Shown in pieces: positions 9,105 to 17,820 of a DNA stretch of 45,119 nt (position 1 is the stretch's first letter; each line of letters starts with the position of its first letter). Origin of the DNA: Candidatus Uhrbacteria bacterium CG_4_9_14_3_um_filter_50_9 (lineage in GTDB: Bacteria; Patescibacteriota; Patescibacteriia; UBA9934; GWF2-40-263); NCBI GenBank assembly GCA_002791295.1, contig PFWU01000049.1:231-45349 (forward strand). The letters run 5' to 3'. The translations under genes were made by a program, and so were the position numbers. The notes under the pieces were generated by a model. It made no database searches and was not told where the DNA came from. It saw only the letters and a program-made list of their open reading frames with translations.

Positions 9105-9148
9105 AAATGAAAAACGCGTGACCGGAGTCACACGTTTTTCATGGTGGG
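9105..9148. repeat. 44-bp direct repeat, copy 2; contains the tRNA-Val terminator
   Basis: Identical to 8126-8169; hairpin ATGAAAAACG(C/T)GTGAC-cgga-GTCAC(A/G)CGTTTTTCAT. Confidence 0.95.
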
Positions 9149-9218
9149 CGTTGAGGGATTCGAACCCCCGGCCTACTCGGTGTAAACGAGTCGCTCTAAC
9201 CAACTGAGCTAAACGCCC
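9142..9218 (-). tRNA. tRNA-Val(TAC)
   Basis: Reverse complement GGGCGTTTAGCTCAGTTGGTTAGAGCG-ACTCG TTTACAC CGAGT-AGGCC-GGGGGTTCGAATCCCTC-AACGCCCACCA. Confidence 0.97.
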
Positions 9219-9345
9219 AAGTTTGCTCCCAAATGAGCGACCTTGCCGCTTGTGGGGCCCTGCCAGCTCCTCGCCGTACCTTCTTGGTACGGTTCGGGCG
9301 CTGGCTTCCCACGACGGCAATCTCATCTCATTTGGAAGCAAACTT
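9219..9345 (-). repeat. Rod-shaped palindromic element, copy A (REP/MITE-like or structured RNA)
   Basis: Terminal inverted repeat 18/19 (AAGTTTGCTCCCAAATGAG / CTCATTTGGAAGCAAACTT) with nested stems up to CCGTACC-5-GGTACGG; homologous to 39002-39130. Confidence 0.8.
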
Positions 9346-9376
9346 CACCTGGCTTCGACTATATCTAACGTTCAGC

Positions 9377-9405
9377 ATGCTAGACCATTCCTACTTTAAG
9401 ATCAA
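9377..9405 (-). promoter_or_regulatory. Probable promoter for tRNA-Val
   Basis: Minus strand TTGATC-17 nt-TAGCAT. Confidence 0.5.
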
Positions 9406-9435
9406 GTCTGTATACTTAAAATAATCAAAAACAAT

Positions 9436-11271
9436 ATGAAATTGAAACAATTATCACTTCAGCATATTACTGTTAGAATTTTCCAGATTGTGAAACGGTT
9501 TCCGCTCGCCATGCTTGTGTGCGTGATCGGGACCATTACTGGGATTGTTGCGATCCACGCTGATGAGCCAGGAATTCTCCCAAACATTCTTTTAACACTG
9601 TCTTTGGCTGCGCCGATTTTTGTTTCCACGGTTCTGATACTTGGGGCAAAGAAGTTGAGTGTTCCACAGCAGTGGGTGATGAATACTGCGTTCCTTGTCC
9701 TGCTCGGTGTGTATTACGTTCTGCTCCCTGATCCATCAGAGGCCGACACGATGCTCTACATGCGTCACATCATGTGGGCTTTGGGTTTTGTGCTCTTGGT
9801 CACGTTTATCCCTTTTGTGAGCAAGAAAGGAAAGGAATCTATCCTTGCCTTCTGGCAATACAATCGAGCTCTTTTATTTGCACTTGTGCTCACGTGGATC
9901 TGGGTCGGTGCGCTCCAGGCAGGTATTTCGATTGCACTTATGTCGATCGATTTTCTTTTTGAACTCAATATTGACGGGGAACGGTACGCAGAACTTTGGG
10001 TGGTACTTGTTGGAACCTTTGCCCCACTCTTTTTCTTGAATCGTCTTCCAAAGAAACCTCAGCAACACGACACAGCACTTGCGTATCCAAAAGAAGTGCG
10101 GTTGTTCTCTCAGTTTGTTCTTGTGCCACTTGTCAGTGTCTACTTCTTGATTTTGTACGCCTACACGATTCGTATTTTGATGTTATCAGAATGGCCTGAG
10201 GGGCAGCTGGCTTACATGATTCTCGGGTTTTCATTCCTCGGTGTGCTGACGTACTTGGCGCTTTACCCATTAAGGTCAACGGTGAACTGGATCAAGATTG
10301 CTGGGACGGTGCTCTTCGCTGCCATGATCCCTCAGGTAGGCATGTTATTTTGGGCCTTGTGGTTCCGCATTTCTCAATATGGAATAACAGAGAATCGCTA
10401 CTTCGTCTTTATCTTCGGCTGCTGGCTCGTTGCCATGAGTGTCTATTTTCTTGTGAGCAAGTGGAAAGATATTCGGATCATCCCAGTTACCATTTTTCTT
10501 ATCGCATTCCTTACTTCATTTGGCCCATGGGGGGCATTCAGTGTGTCAGAACGTAGTCAGATCCATCGATTAGAAGGGCTCTTGGTGGAGAATGGGATCT
10601 TAGTTGATGGGACGATTCAGAAACTCTCCACGCCTCAGGTGACTGGAGATTCTGAACAGATATCTAAGGAAGATCAAAAGGAAATCAATGCCACTGTTCG
10701 TTATCTCTATCAAGTACATGGTTTGGATGGGATTCAGGCATGGTTCAGTGAGGACTTAGATCAAATAGATGGAGATAAACGAGGTTATCAGGGGGTTCCT
10801 AGGGTCGTTGTAGAGGAGTTGATGGGGATTCAATACCTTGATCCGTGGGAATCCTCCCGCTATGAACAGGTGCTTGTTGAAGAAGGTGACACGTTTTTTC
10901 TTCTTTCAGACGACAGAGGGGGAGCGTTTGATGTCTCAGGCTATGATGTGTTTGTCGAATCTTACACCTGGCAGGTATTTATGATTGATGAGGTTGAATA
11001 CAGGGCCGCTGTTTCTGAGGATGGAATGGGCTTTGAAATTTTTCGCGAAGAGACGCTCTTGATCAATCATTCGCTTCAGGAATTTATGGGTTCATTGGAA
11101 GGTGTTGAATACACGCGGTCTGTTTCTCCTTCAGAGATGTCTGTGATGTTTGAAAATGATCTTGTGCGTGGCCTGCTTTACATTGAACATCTGAGAGGTG
11201 AGCGTGACGAAGAGGGGAACTATGTCATCGAAGAGATGACCGGACGTCTGCTCATCTCCTTTGTTGAATAG
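9436..11271 (+). CDS. DUF4153-family multi-pass membrane protein
   Basis: About 11 TM helices; VLVPLV.VY.LILYAY..RI, RISQYGITENRY and GPWGAFSVSERSQ..RL motifs. Confidence 0.88.
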   Translation: MKLKQLSLQHITVRIFQIVKRFPLAMLVCVIGTITGIVAIHADEPGILPNILLTLSLAAPIFVSTVLILGAKKLSVPQQWVMNTAFLVLLGVYYVLLPDPSEADTMLYMRHIMWALGFVLLVTFIPFVSKKGKESILAFWQYNRALLFALVLTWIWVGALQAGISIALMSIDFLFELNIDGERYAELWVVLVGTFAPLFFLNRLPKKPQQHDTALAYPKEVRLFSQFVLVPLVSVYFLILYAYTIRILMLSEWPEGQLAYMILGFSFLGVLTYLALYPLRSTVNWIKIAGTVLFAAMIPQVGMLFWALWFRISQYGITENRYFVFIFGCWLVAMSVYFLVSKWKDIRIIPVTIFLIAFLTSFGPWGAFSVSERSQIHRLEGLLVENGILVDGTIQKLSTPQVTGDSEQISKEDQKEINATVRYLYQVHGLDGIQAWFSEDLDQIDGDKRGYQGVPRVVVEELMGIQYLDPWESSRYEQVLVEEGDTFFLLSDDRGGAFDVSGYDVFVESYTWQVFMIDEVEYRAAVSEDGMGFEIFREETLLINHSLQEFMGSLEGVEYTRSVSPSEMSVMFENDLVRGLLYIEHLRGERDEEGNYVIEEMTGRLLISFVE

Positions 11272-11292
11272 TGCATGTTATACTAAAGACCT

Positions 11293-11550
11293 ATGTCACC
11301 ATTTTTTCGCATACCCCTCGGACTCATTGTGATGGTTATTGGATTTTACATGGTCGCAAAGACAGGGAAGTTTATCGAATGGTTTGGTTCTATCCCGTTT
11401 GCAGAAGACAAGTTTGGACAGGGAGGCTCCTACTTCTTCTATAAACTTCTTGGAACCTTGATTGTCTTTATTGGAATCTTTATTGCAACCAATATCATCA
11501 GTGACATTCTTGGGGATCTGGCGTGCATCTTAACAAGTTGCAATCGATAA
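11293..11550 (+). CDS. Small membrane protein (2 TM)
   Basis: Two hydrophobic helices around FGSIPFAEDKFGQGGSYFFYKL; extended -10 TGnTATACT 8 nt upstream. Confidence 0.8.
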   Translation: MSPFFRIPLGLIVMVIGFYMVAKTGKFIEWFGSIPFAEDKFGQGGSYFFYKLLGTLIVFIGIFIATNIISDILGDLACILTSCNR

Positions 11551-11552
11551 GT

Positions 11553-12107
11553 ATGGTTATGGCGACCGGTCGCGCATTACTTGATCCGTATCAGGCACTC
11601 AGGCGTGCGGGGCTCAAGACAGATATGTGGTATGCGGATCTTGGGGCGGGAACCCTTGGGCACTTTGTGTTTCCTGCTGCACAAATCGTTGGTCCTGAGG
11701 GGCGAGTGTATGGCGTTGATATTCTCAAGGGAACCATCGAGTCCATGCAGAGTAAGGCACAGCTTCTTTCTCTGCCGAATGTGATACCTCTTTGGGGCGA
11801 CATGGAGCGTGCGGACGGTATTCGAATTGAATCTGAACGTATGGACTTAGTGAGTCTGGTTGGTGTCGCCGAACTCGTGAAAGGTTCTCCTCAAGTGTTG
11901 CGTCACGCCTCTCGGCTCCTCAAGCTCCACGGACGGCTTCTCATTATTGACTGGGGTCCGGGGATGGGTTCCATTGTGGTGAAGGATGAAGATCGTATTG
12001 CGTCAGAAGGTGTCATCCAAGAAGTGCTTAAGCATCCGTTTCGACTCGTCGAGGAATTCAAGGCAGGTCCACAGCATTGGGGTCTCATTTTCGAGAGGAC
12101 GGCTTGA
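11553..12107 (+). CDS. Class I SAM-dependent methyltransferase
   Basis: ADLGAGT motif I, VGPEGRVYGVDI, LLK..GRLLIIDW, AGPQHWGLIF; start moved to ATG 11553 (or 11559). Confidence 0.88.
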   Translation: MVMATGRALLDPYQALRRAGLKTDMWYADLGAGTLGHFVFPAAQIVGPEGRVYGVDILKGTIESMQSKAQLLSLPNVIPLWGDMERADGIRIESERMDLVSLVGVAELVKGSPQVLRHASRLLKLHGRLLIIDWGPGMGSIVVKDEDRIASEGVIQEVLKHPFRLVEEFKAGPQHWGLIFERTA

Positions 12108-12168
12108 CGTTACGAGTGACGATTGGATATCCTTTTTGCGCTAAGTGTAATGTTTTCAACTAAACGGT

Positions 12169-12600
12169 ATGAATTTTCTGATTCTATTGAATCCAAATTA
12201 CTGGTTCACCATCGAGGCACCTCTTGTGACGGGCCTGATGGGGAATGTCCTCTTTGGTGTTTTTGCCCTCTGTTTCCTTTTGGGGATTGTGACTCGTGTG
12301 GTCGCTTCTAATCGGACAAAGGATCTCTATGTTCAAAAGCTAGGGCAGCGTGCGGGGACATTGTTTGTGACCATGGGACTTCTCGGAGTGGTCTTATTCT
12401 TCTTTAGCTATGAACGCATTCAGTTTTTTGGTGGACGGTTTTGGTATCCGCTCTGGCTTGTCGGATTGATTGTGTGGCTGCTCGTGCTTGTCCGGTACGC
12501 AAGACGTGATATTCCAGCGATGCGAGAACGGGATATGAATCGGAAGTCCGTCTCAAAGTATCTTCCAGCAAAAAAGAAAAAGAGAAAGAAAAAGCGTTGA
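12169..12600 (+). CDS. Membrane protein with Lys-rich C-terminus
   Basis: Three to four hydrophobic helices; ends KYLPAKKKKRKKKR. Confidence 0.8.
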   Translation: MNFLILLNPNYWFTIEAPLVTGLMGNVLFGVFALCFLLGIVTRVVASNRTKDLYVQKLGQRAGTLFVTMGLLGVVLFFFSYERIQFFGGRFWYPLWLVGLIVWLLVLVRYARRDIPAMRERDMNRKSVSKYLPAKKKKRKKKR

Positions 12601-12601
12601 T

Positions 12602-12973
12602 ATGGATGTCAGGAGGCGGTTTGGAAACGCAGGGGAATCGTTAGCGGCTGAGTATCTGAAGTCAGAGGGATATGTGATTGTTGCGAAGCAGCGTCGGACA
12701 CGGTTTGGTGAAATAGACCTCGTGTGCCTTGATGGGGCCGAGGTCGTTTTTGTTGAGGTGAAGAGTCGTCGGACAAAGACGTTTGGATCCCCGGAAGAAA
12801 GTGTGACGAGAGAGAAGATTCAACGGATGGCGAGATCTGCTGAATGGATTTTGAGAGAGGAATGTTGGCTCGAGCGTCCCTGGCGTTTAGATGTTGTTGC
12901 GATTGAATATGATGTGGATCCGCCTAAGATTACACACATCCACGAGATTGACATGCCGAGTGACACATGGTAG
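12602..12973 (+). CDS. yraN: YraN (UPF0102) family PD-(D/E)xK protein
   Basis: G..GE.LAA.YL...GY, GEIDLV, VVFVEVKSR, PEESVT..K, RLDVVAI. Confidence 0.93.
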   Translation: MDVRRRFGNAGESLAAEYLKSEGYVIVAKQRRTRFGEIDLVCLDGAEVVFVEVKSRRTKTFGSPEESVTREKIQRMARSAEWILREECWLERPWRLDVVAIEYDVDPPKITHIHEIDMPSDTW

Positions 12974-13016
12974 CGTTGAGCTACTGGAACCTGTCGATGA
13001 GACAGGTTTATTTATT
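12948..13016 (+). promoter_or_regulatory. nusA promoter followed by a leader hairpin with weak U-tract
   Basis: TTGACA-17-TAGCGT (12948-12976, TG extension), then AACCTGTC-gatga-GACAGGTT-TATTTATT (12988-13016). Confidence 0.6.
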
Positions 13017-13046
13017 AGAAACTACAAATGAAGTTGATCAAAACAT

Positions 13047-14393
13047 ATGTCATCTCTTATTGAACAAGCCATTCGTCAGATCTGTGAAGAGAAAGGATTA
13101 GCCTATGAATCAGTGATTGATGCGATTCAATCCGCACTCGCAGCCGCCTACCGAAAAGATTTCGGTGACAAAAATAGCAACATCGAAGTCGAGTTCGATC
13201 CAGCAACGGGAGTCTCGAAAGTGTTTGATGTCAAAACTGTTGTCGAGGATATGGATCTTGAAGAGCTTGAACGATTGGAAGTGGAACGCAGAGAACGTGG
13301 CGAGGCTCTTGCCACACACATCGAGCAAGCACGCAAGAAAGGGGAGGATCTCCAATCGATTTCAATCGATGAAGACATGGGTCAACGGTTCAATCCAAAA
13401 ACAGATATTATGGTTTCTGAGGCTCAGGTACTCAAGATGGGTGCCAAGATCGATGACATCATTCGCACAGAACTTCCCGAACCAGAAGAGTTTGGTCGCA
13501 TGGCAGCCATGACCGCAAAGCAGGTGATCACTCAGAAGCTTCGTGAAGCTGAACGTGAAATTGTGTTTAATGAGTTCAAGGAGCACGAAGGAGAAATTTT
13601 GAATGGAACCGTGCAGCGCCGTGAGGGACGCATTGTTCTTGTGGATCTTGGTCGTACAACCGGTGTGATGCGCCCAGAGGATCAAAATCCATCTGAGCGT
13701 TATAACCTAGGAGATCGGATCAAGGTCTATGTGCGCCAAGTAGGTCTTACGACAAAAGGACCGGAAATTCTTGTCTCTCGAACGGCAGAAGAAATGGTTT
13801 CAAAACTTTTTGAGTTTGAGATTCCAGAGGTTGCTGATGGACTCGTCGAGTTGAAGGCAATCGCACGTGAGGCCGGGTCTCGATCAAAAGTAGCGGTCGC
13901 AACCGAGGATGATTCCATTGATCCAATTGGAGCCTGTATCGGTCAGCGCGGAACACGTATTCAAACAATTATTGCAGAACTTGGTGGTGAGAAGGTTGAT
14001 ATTGTTGAATGGAGTGATGATCCGGTGGCATTCATTACACACTCGCTTTCACCAGCCAAGGTATTGAGTGTAGATCTCGATAAGGAAGAGAAGGCAGCCT
14101 CTGTGAAGGTGGCAAATGATCAATTGTCGCTTGCGATTGGAAAAGGCGGACAGAATGTGCGTCTCGCTGCTCGATTGACTGGCTGGAAGATCAACATTTC
14201 CGGCAATGAGGAACTGGAAACAAAGGAAGAGGAAAAAAAGGAAGGTGAGGAGGTCGGAGAGGTGGTCATGGAGGCAGCCGTGGAGGAAGGAAGTGAGATC
14301 GGGGAGCACGAGCCGGAAGAGGTAGTAGTTAAGGAAGTCACAGAAGAAGTCGTTGATGCATTAGAGACTCCTAAGGAGGAATCAGCAACATAA
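13047..14393 (+). CDS. nusA: Transcription termination/antitermination factor NusA
   Basis: FGRMAAMTAKQVITQKLREAER, S1 domain, AREAGSRSKVAV, GACIGQRGTRI, QLSLAIGKGGQNVRLAARLTGWKI; acidic tail. Confidence 0.98.
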   Translation: MSSLIEQAIRQICEEKGLAYESVIDAIQSALAAAYRKDFGDKNSNIEVEFDPATGVSKVFDVKTVVEDMDLEELERLEVERRERGEALATHIEQARKKGEDLQSISIDEDMGQRFNPKTDIMVSEAQVLKMGAKIDDIIRTELPEPEEFGRMAAMTAKQVITQKLREAEREIVFNEFKEHEGEILNGTVQRREGRIVLVDLGRTTGVMRPEDQNPSERYNLGDRIKVYVRQVGLTTKGPEILVSRTAEEMVSKLFEFEIPEVADGLVELKAIAREAGSRSKVAVATEDDSIDPIGACIGQRGTRIQTIIAELGGEKVDIVEWSDDPVAFITHSLSPAKVLSVDLDKEEKAASVKVANDQLSLAIGKGGQNVRLAARLTGWKINISGNEELETKEEEKKEGEEVGEVVMEAAVEEGSEIGEHEPEEVVVKEVTEEVVDALETPKEESAT

Positions 14394-14395
14394 CT

Positions 14396-15133
14396 ATGGG
14401 GAATCTTTTTCACACGTTTCTTTACGACCCGATTTTCAACCTGTTGGTATTCTTTTATGGAATTATTCCGGGGGCAGAGATTGGGTTTGCGATTATTGCT
14501 CTTACGATTTTGATCAAGGTCATCCTTTGGCCGTTCATGAGTAAGTCCCTGAAGGCTCAGAAGGCTCTTCAGGAATTGCAACCAAAAATTGAAGAATTGA
14601 AAGCTAAGTACGCAGATGATCGCGAGAAGCTTGCGAAGGAAATGATGGAGTTGTATCAGACAGAAAAGGTCAATCCTCTTTCATCGTGTCTGCCAATCAT
14701 TATTCAGCTCCCCATTTTGATTGCCTTGTATCGGGTCTTGTTGGCTGGGTTTGGTCCGGAGACTCTTTTGAATCTTTATACGTTTGTTCCGAATCCTGGT
14801 TCCATTAATCATATTTTTCTTGGGGTCATTGATTTATCTGTGCCGAGTGTCTACTTGGCTGTTCTCGCTGGATACTTTCAGTTCATGCAAACACGCATGC
14901 TCATACAACGACGTCCACCAAAGCAAGTGCGTGGAAAGAAGGGGGCAATGGATGAGTCCATGCTTGCAAGTATGAACAAGTCCATGATGTATTTTATGCC
15001 GGCGATTACGGTGGTCATCGGATCGTCTCTTCCCGCAGGGTTGACGGTCTACTGGGTCACCGTGAATATCGTATCGATTCTCCAGCAACAGTTTGTTTTC
15101 TCGAAGATTCGGGATGTAAAAAAAGAGGATTAA
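14396..15133 (+). CDS. yidC: YidC/Oxa1 membrane protein insertase (short form)
   Basis: GFAIIALTILIKVILWP, LQPKIEELK.KY, VNPLSSCLPIIIQLPILIALY, PAGLTVYW. Confidence 0.95.
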   Translation: MGNLFHTFLYDPIFNLLVFFYGIIPGAEIGFAIIALTILIKVILWPFMSKSLKAQKALQELQPKIEELKAKYADDREKLAKEMMELYQTEKVNPLSSCLPIIIQLPILIALYRVLLAGFGPETLLNLYTFVPNPGSINHIFLGVIDLSVPSVYLAVLAGYFQFMQTRMLIQRRPPKQVRGKKGAMDESMLASMNKSMMYFMPAITVVIGSSLPAGLTVYWVTVNIVSILQQQFVFSKIRDVKKED

Positions 15134-15148
15134 TTAGAAGTATAAACA

Positions 15149-15215
15149 AGAACCGCTCTCAGCATTGTCGAAGAGCGGTTTTTGAATTTGAAAAAGACCC
15201 CGTGCAGGTCTTTCA
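15149..15215. terminator. Tandem back-to-back terminators between convergent genes
   Basis: AACCGCTCT...AGAGCGGTT-TTTG and AAAGACC-ccgtgca-GGTCTTT separated by GAATTTGAAAAA. Confidence 0.75.
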
Positions 15216-15521
15216 GGAAGCGTTCAGGATGAGCCCATAGGCGATGAGGCTCGTGGCGATGGCGAGCGTGGCGAAGCCAGCAAACATGAGTGCCCCCTGG
15301 TTTTTCTCGTAGATCTCCGAGATCTCCTCGCTGTGTTCACGAACCGCGTCTGAGGCTGGAACGTGGGGGAAGCCTTGCGAGACGAAGTAGCGATTGAGCC
15401 AGACGATGCTGTCGGCCGTGCGCTTGTTGATGTTCTTCCAGTGCCTGAGAAGCAGAGCGCCTCCCAGGGCCAGTGCGGCCGGGATGAGCAGCAGGAGTCC
15501 GTATTGCACGTAGATGTTCAT
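15213..15521 (-). CDS. Small membrane hypothetical protein (102 aa)
   Basis: GGAGG SD, N- and C-terminal hydrophobic helices, GC-rich codons, own promoter and terminator. Confidence 0.75.
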   Translation of the reverse strand: MNIYVQYGLLLLIPAALALGGALLLRHWKNINKRTADSIVWLNRYFVSQGFPHVPASDAVREHSEEISEIYEKNQGALMFAGFATLAIATSLIAYGLILNAS

Positions 15522-15549
15522 CTATCCTCCAGGCTAGTGCAAGAGAAAG

Positions 15550-15578
15550 ACAATAAGGGAAATAAGCGGTTTTGTCAA
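15550..15578 (-). promoter_or_regulatory. sigma70 promoter of the 102-aa gene
   Basis: Minus strand TTGACA-17 nt-TATTGT. Confidence 0.75.
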
Positions 15579-15626
15579 TCGTCCACAGGGGCAAACGGTG
15601 TGAAACGTGTAAGATGATGACGATTT

Positions 15627-16535
15627 ATGCCCACACCTCTTGAACAAGCGACGGTCCGAACCTTGGCCTGGTTTTCGCTTACGGGATACCCCGTGACAGT
15701 CTTTGAGGTCTGGAAGTGGATGATTGAGCCGGAGAGGACCTATGAACTCAGTGAGGTGTATCGGGCTTTTGCGGAGAGTGAGTGGCTCAGGCAAAAGGTT
15801 CAATTTCAGGAAGGGTTTTATGCGCTGAAAGGAACCTTGCCCCTTGCAAAACAGATTGAGGGTCGGCATGATCGGTTTGTTGATGCCCTTCGGAAGTTTC
15901 GCATTCTTAAACGTGTCCTTCCGTTTATCCAGATCGTCCCTGGGGTTCAATCGGTTGGGGTGGTGAACACTCTCTCTTGGTGGTTTACCAATCGCGAGAG
16001 CGATATTGATCTGTATATCATTACACGACCGAATCACATCTGGCTGACACGCCTCTTGCTTGTGGCTCCGTTTGCTCTTTTGAAAAAGCGTCCTCATACG
16101 GGGGCACAAGATCCGTTTTGCTTCAGTTTCTTTTCGACACGGGAGGCGCTACAGATGGAGCGTGTGAAACTTGAACGAGATTACTACCTTGCCTTTTGGT
16201 GCAAGTCGATTGTGTCGCTTGTGGATCATCAAGGTGATTTGATCCAGTTTCAACAAGAGAACCGGTGGGTGAACCGTGTCCTTCCACATGCACATGCTCG
16301 ATCCGTTCATCCCTACCAAACGCTCCGTTATCACATCTCGTTTCCTATTTCTCTTGGGTGGTTAAATGCGATGAGTCGCACACTGCAGCGTAGACGACTT
16401 CCCGCAACATTGAAGGAGATTGCAAATACCGATTCTCGTGTGGTGGTCACAGACGAGATGTTGAAATTTCATCAGAACGACCGTCGAGAATTCTATCGTG
16501 ATGCGTTTGAGTCCTTGTTAGAGCGTCACCTATGA
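15627..16535 (+). CDS. Nucleotidyltransferase-fold protein
   Basis: VGVVNTLS.....ESDIDLYIIT (DxD NTase motif), IWLTR, FCFSFF, LKFHQND. Confidence 0.7.
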   Translation: MPTPLEQATVRTLAWFSLTGYPVTVFEVWKWMIEPERTYELSEVYRAFAESEWLRQKVQFQEGFYALKGTLPLAKQIEGRHDRFVDALRKFRILKRVLPFIQIVPGVQSVGVVNTLSWWFTNRESDIDLYIITRPNHIWLTRLLLVAPFALLKKRPHTGAQDPFCFSFFSTREALQMERVKLERDYYLAFWCKSIVSLVDHQGDLIQFQQENRWVNRVLPHAHARSVHPYQTLRYHISFPISLGWLNAMSRTLQRRRLPATLKEIANTDSRVVVTDEMLKFHQNDRREFYRDAFESLLERHL

Positions 16536-17812
16536 AATTAAAGCTCTTCCACATCTTCTTTTCGCTTTCGGTGTTCCTGCTCCCTTGGCAGACACGGTAT
16601 ATTTTTCATACGCTCTCTGCTGGAGAGGGAATGAGTGAGTACGGCGTTCTGTCGATTTATGTGGTTGAGATATTGGTGGTTCTGGCGTATCTCTTGCGCG
16701 GGAGACTCCAGTTGACTCCAGGCGCTGAGAAGCTGCTCAAAGCCGTCATGGTGACAATGGGAGCTGTCTTTTTTTCTTTGGCATTGTCTCATGTTGTCAC
16801 GGTTGGATGGTTTCATGTGCTTCATGTACTCACAGCCTTCCTCTTATTTTCTCTTGTGCTCGATGAGCGGACGTCGCTGAATCGACTTTCTTTTCTACTT
16901 GCTCTTGGGCTTGTAGGGCCTTCACTCCTTGGTGTGTGCCAAGTGGCTACAGGGTCGAGTGGTGCTTCGACCTTGTTAGGACTCGCAACAAAAGACGTTG
17001 CGGTTCAAGGTGTTGCGGTTGTTGAAACAGCGACGAGTCGTATGATGCGGGCCTATGGAAGTTTTCCGCACCCGAATATTTTTGGTGGCTATGTGGCCGT
17101 TGCACTGATGATGCTTGCTTGGAGCATACGTTCTCTTACCTCAAAACGTCTTCTGTGGCTTGTGGGAAGTTTGGTTGTGCTTTTATCCGCCACACTCACC
17201 ATGACGTTTTCTCGTAGTGCGTGGTTTGGACTCCTTTCGGCGCTCGTACTTCTTGTAGCTCAAATGCTTTGGATTCGGAAGATGCCTCCCTCACGAGCTG
17301 TACCCCTGATGACTCTTGGTCTCGTGAGCGTGTTGATTACTCTGGGGATTTTTCACAATCAGCTACTTGCTCGCTTCAACCCCTCTCTCCATGTTGAGGC
17401 GACATCGATCGAAGAACGTGCCAGTCAGTATACGAGTTTTAATGATGTGTATTTTACATCGACGTTGGTTGGCGTGGGGCCTGGTGGGTATGTCTTTGCC
17501 CTTGAGTCCTTAGATCCAGGGCATGAGGCATGGAGTTATCAACCTATCCATAATACGTTTCTTCTTCTCATGGCCGAGGTTGGCATGCTTGGATTTGTGC
17601 TTGCCGCAAGAGTGATCTGGCTTCTGTGGAAACAGCTGCGACTGAACCGACGACGAGCAGGGGGGGTGTTTGGGACCTCTCTCCTTGCCCTTCTTTTTGT
17701 TGTGGGTTTTTTTGATCACTACCTCTGGAGCCTGTGGCCAGGTTTGGCACTTTCTGCCCTTGCTCTTGGATGCGTCGCCCGGTACAGTTTTGAAGAGACG
17801 AAACATTTTTGA
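16532..17812 (+). CDS. O-antigen ligase (Wzy_C) family membrane protein
   Basis: RAYGSFPHPNIFGGY, TFSRSAW, GVGPGGY, PIHNTFLLLMAEVG, FFDHYLW; many TM helices. Confidence 0.9.
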   Translation: MKLKLFHIFFSLSVFLLPWQTRYIFHTLSAGEGMSEYGVLSIYVVEILVVLAYLLRGRLQLTPGAEKLLKAVMVTMGAVFFSLALSHVVTVGWFHVLHVLTAFLLFSLVLDERTSLNRLSFLLALGLVGPSLLGVCQVATGSSGASTLLGLATKDVAVQGVAVVETATSRMMRAYGSFPHPNIFGGYVAVALMMLAWSIRSLTSKRLLWLVGSLVVLLSATLTMTFSRSAWFGLLSALVLLVAQMLWIRKMPPSRAVPLMTLGLVSVLITLGIFHNQLLARFNPSLHVEATSIEERASQYTSFNDVYFTSTLVGVGPGGYVFALESLDPGHEAWSYQPIHNTFLLLMAEVGMLGFVLAARVIWLLWKQLRLNRRRAGGVFGTSLLALLFVVGFFDHYLWSLWPGLALSALALGCVARYSFEETKHF

Positions 17813-17820
17813 TCCAACCT

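Noticed and set aside
8967-9341. 124-aa minus-strand ORF
   Set aside because: It overlaps tRNA-Val, its terminator and the rod element; not protein-like.
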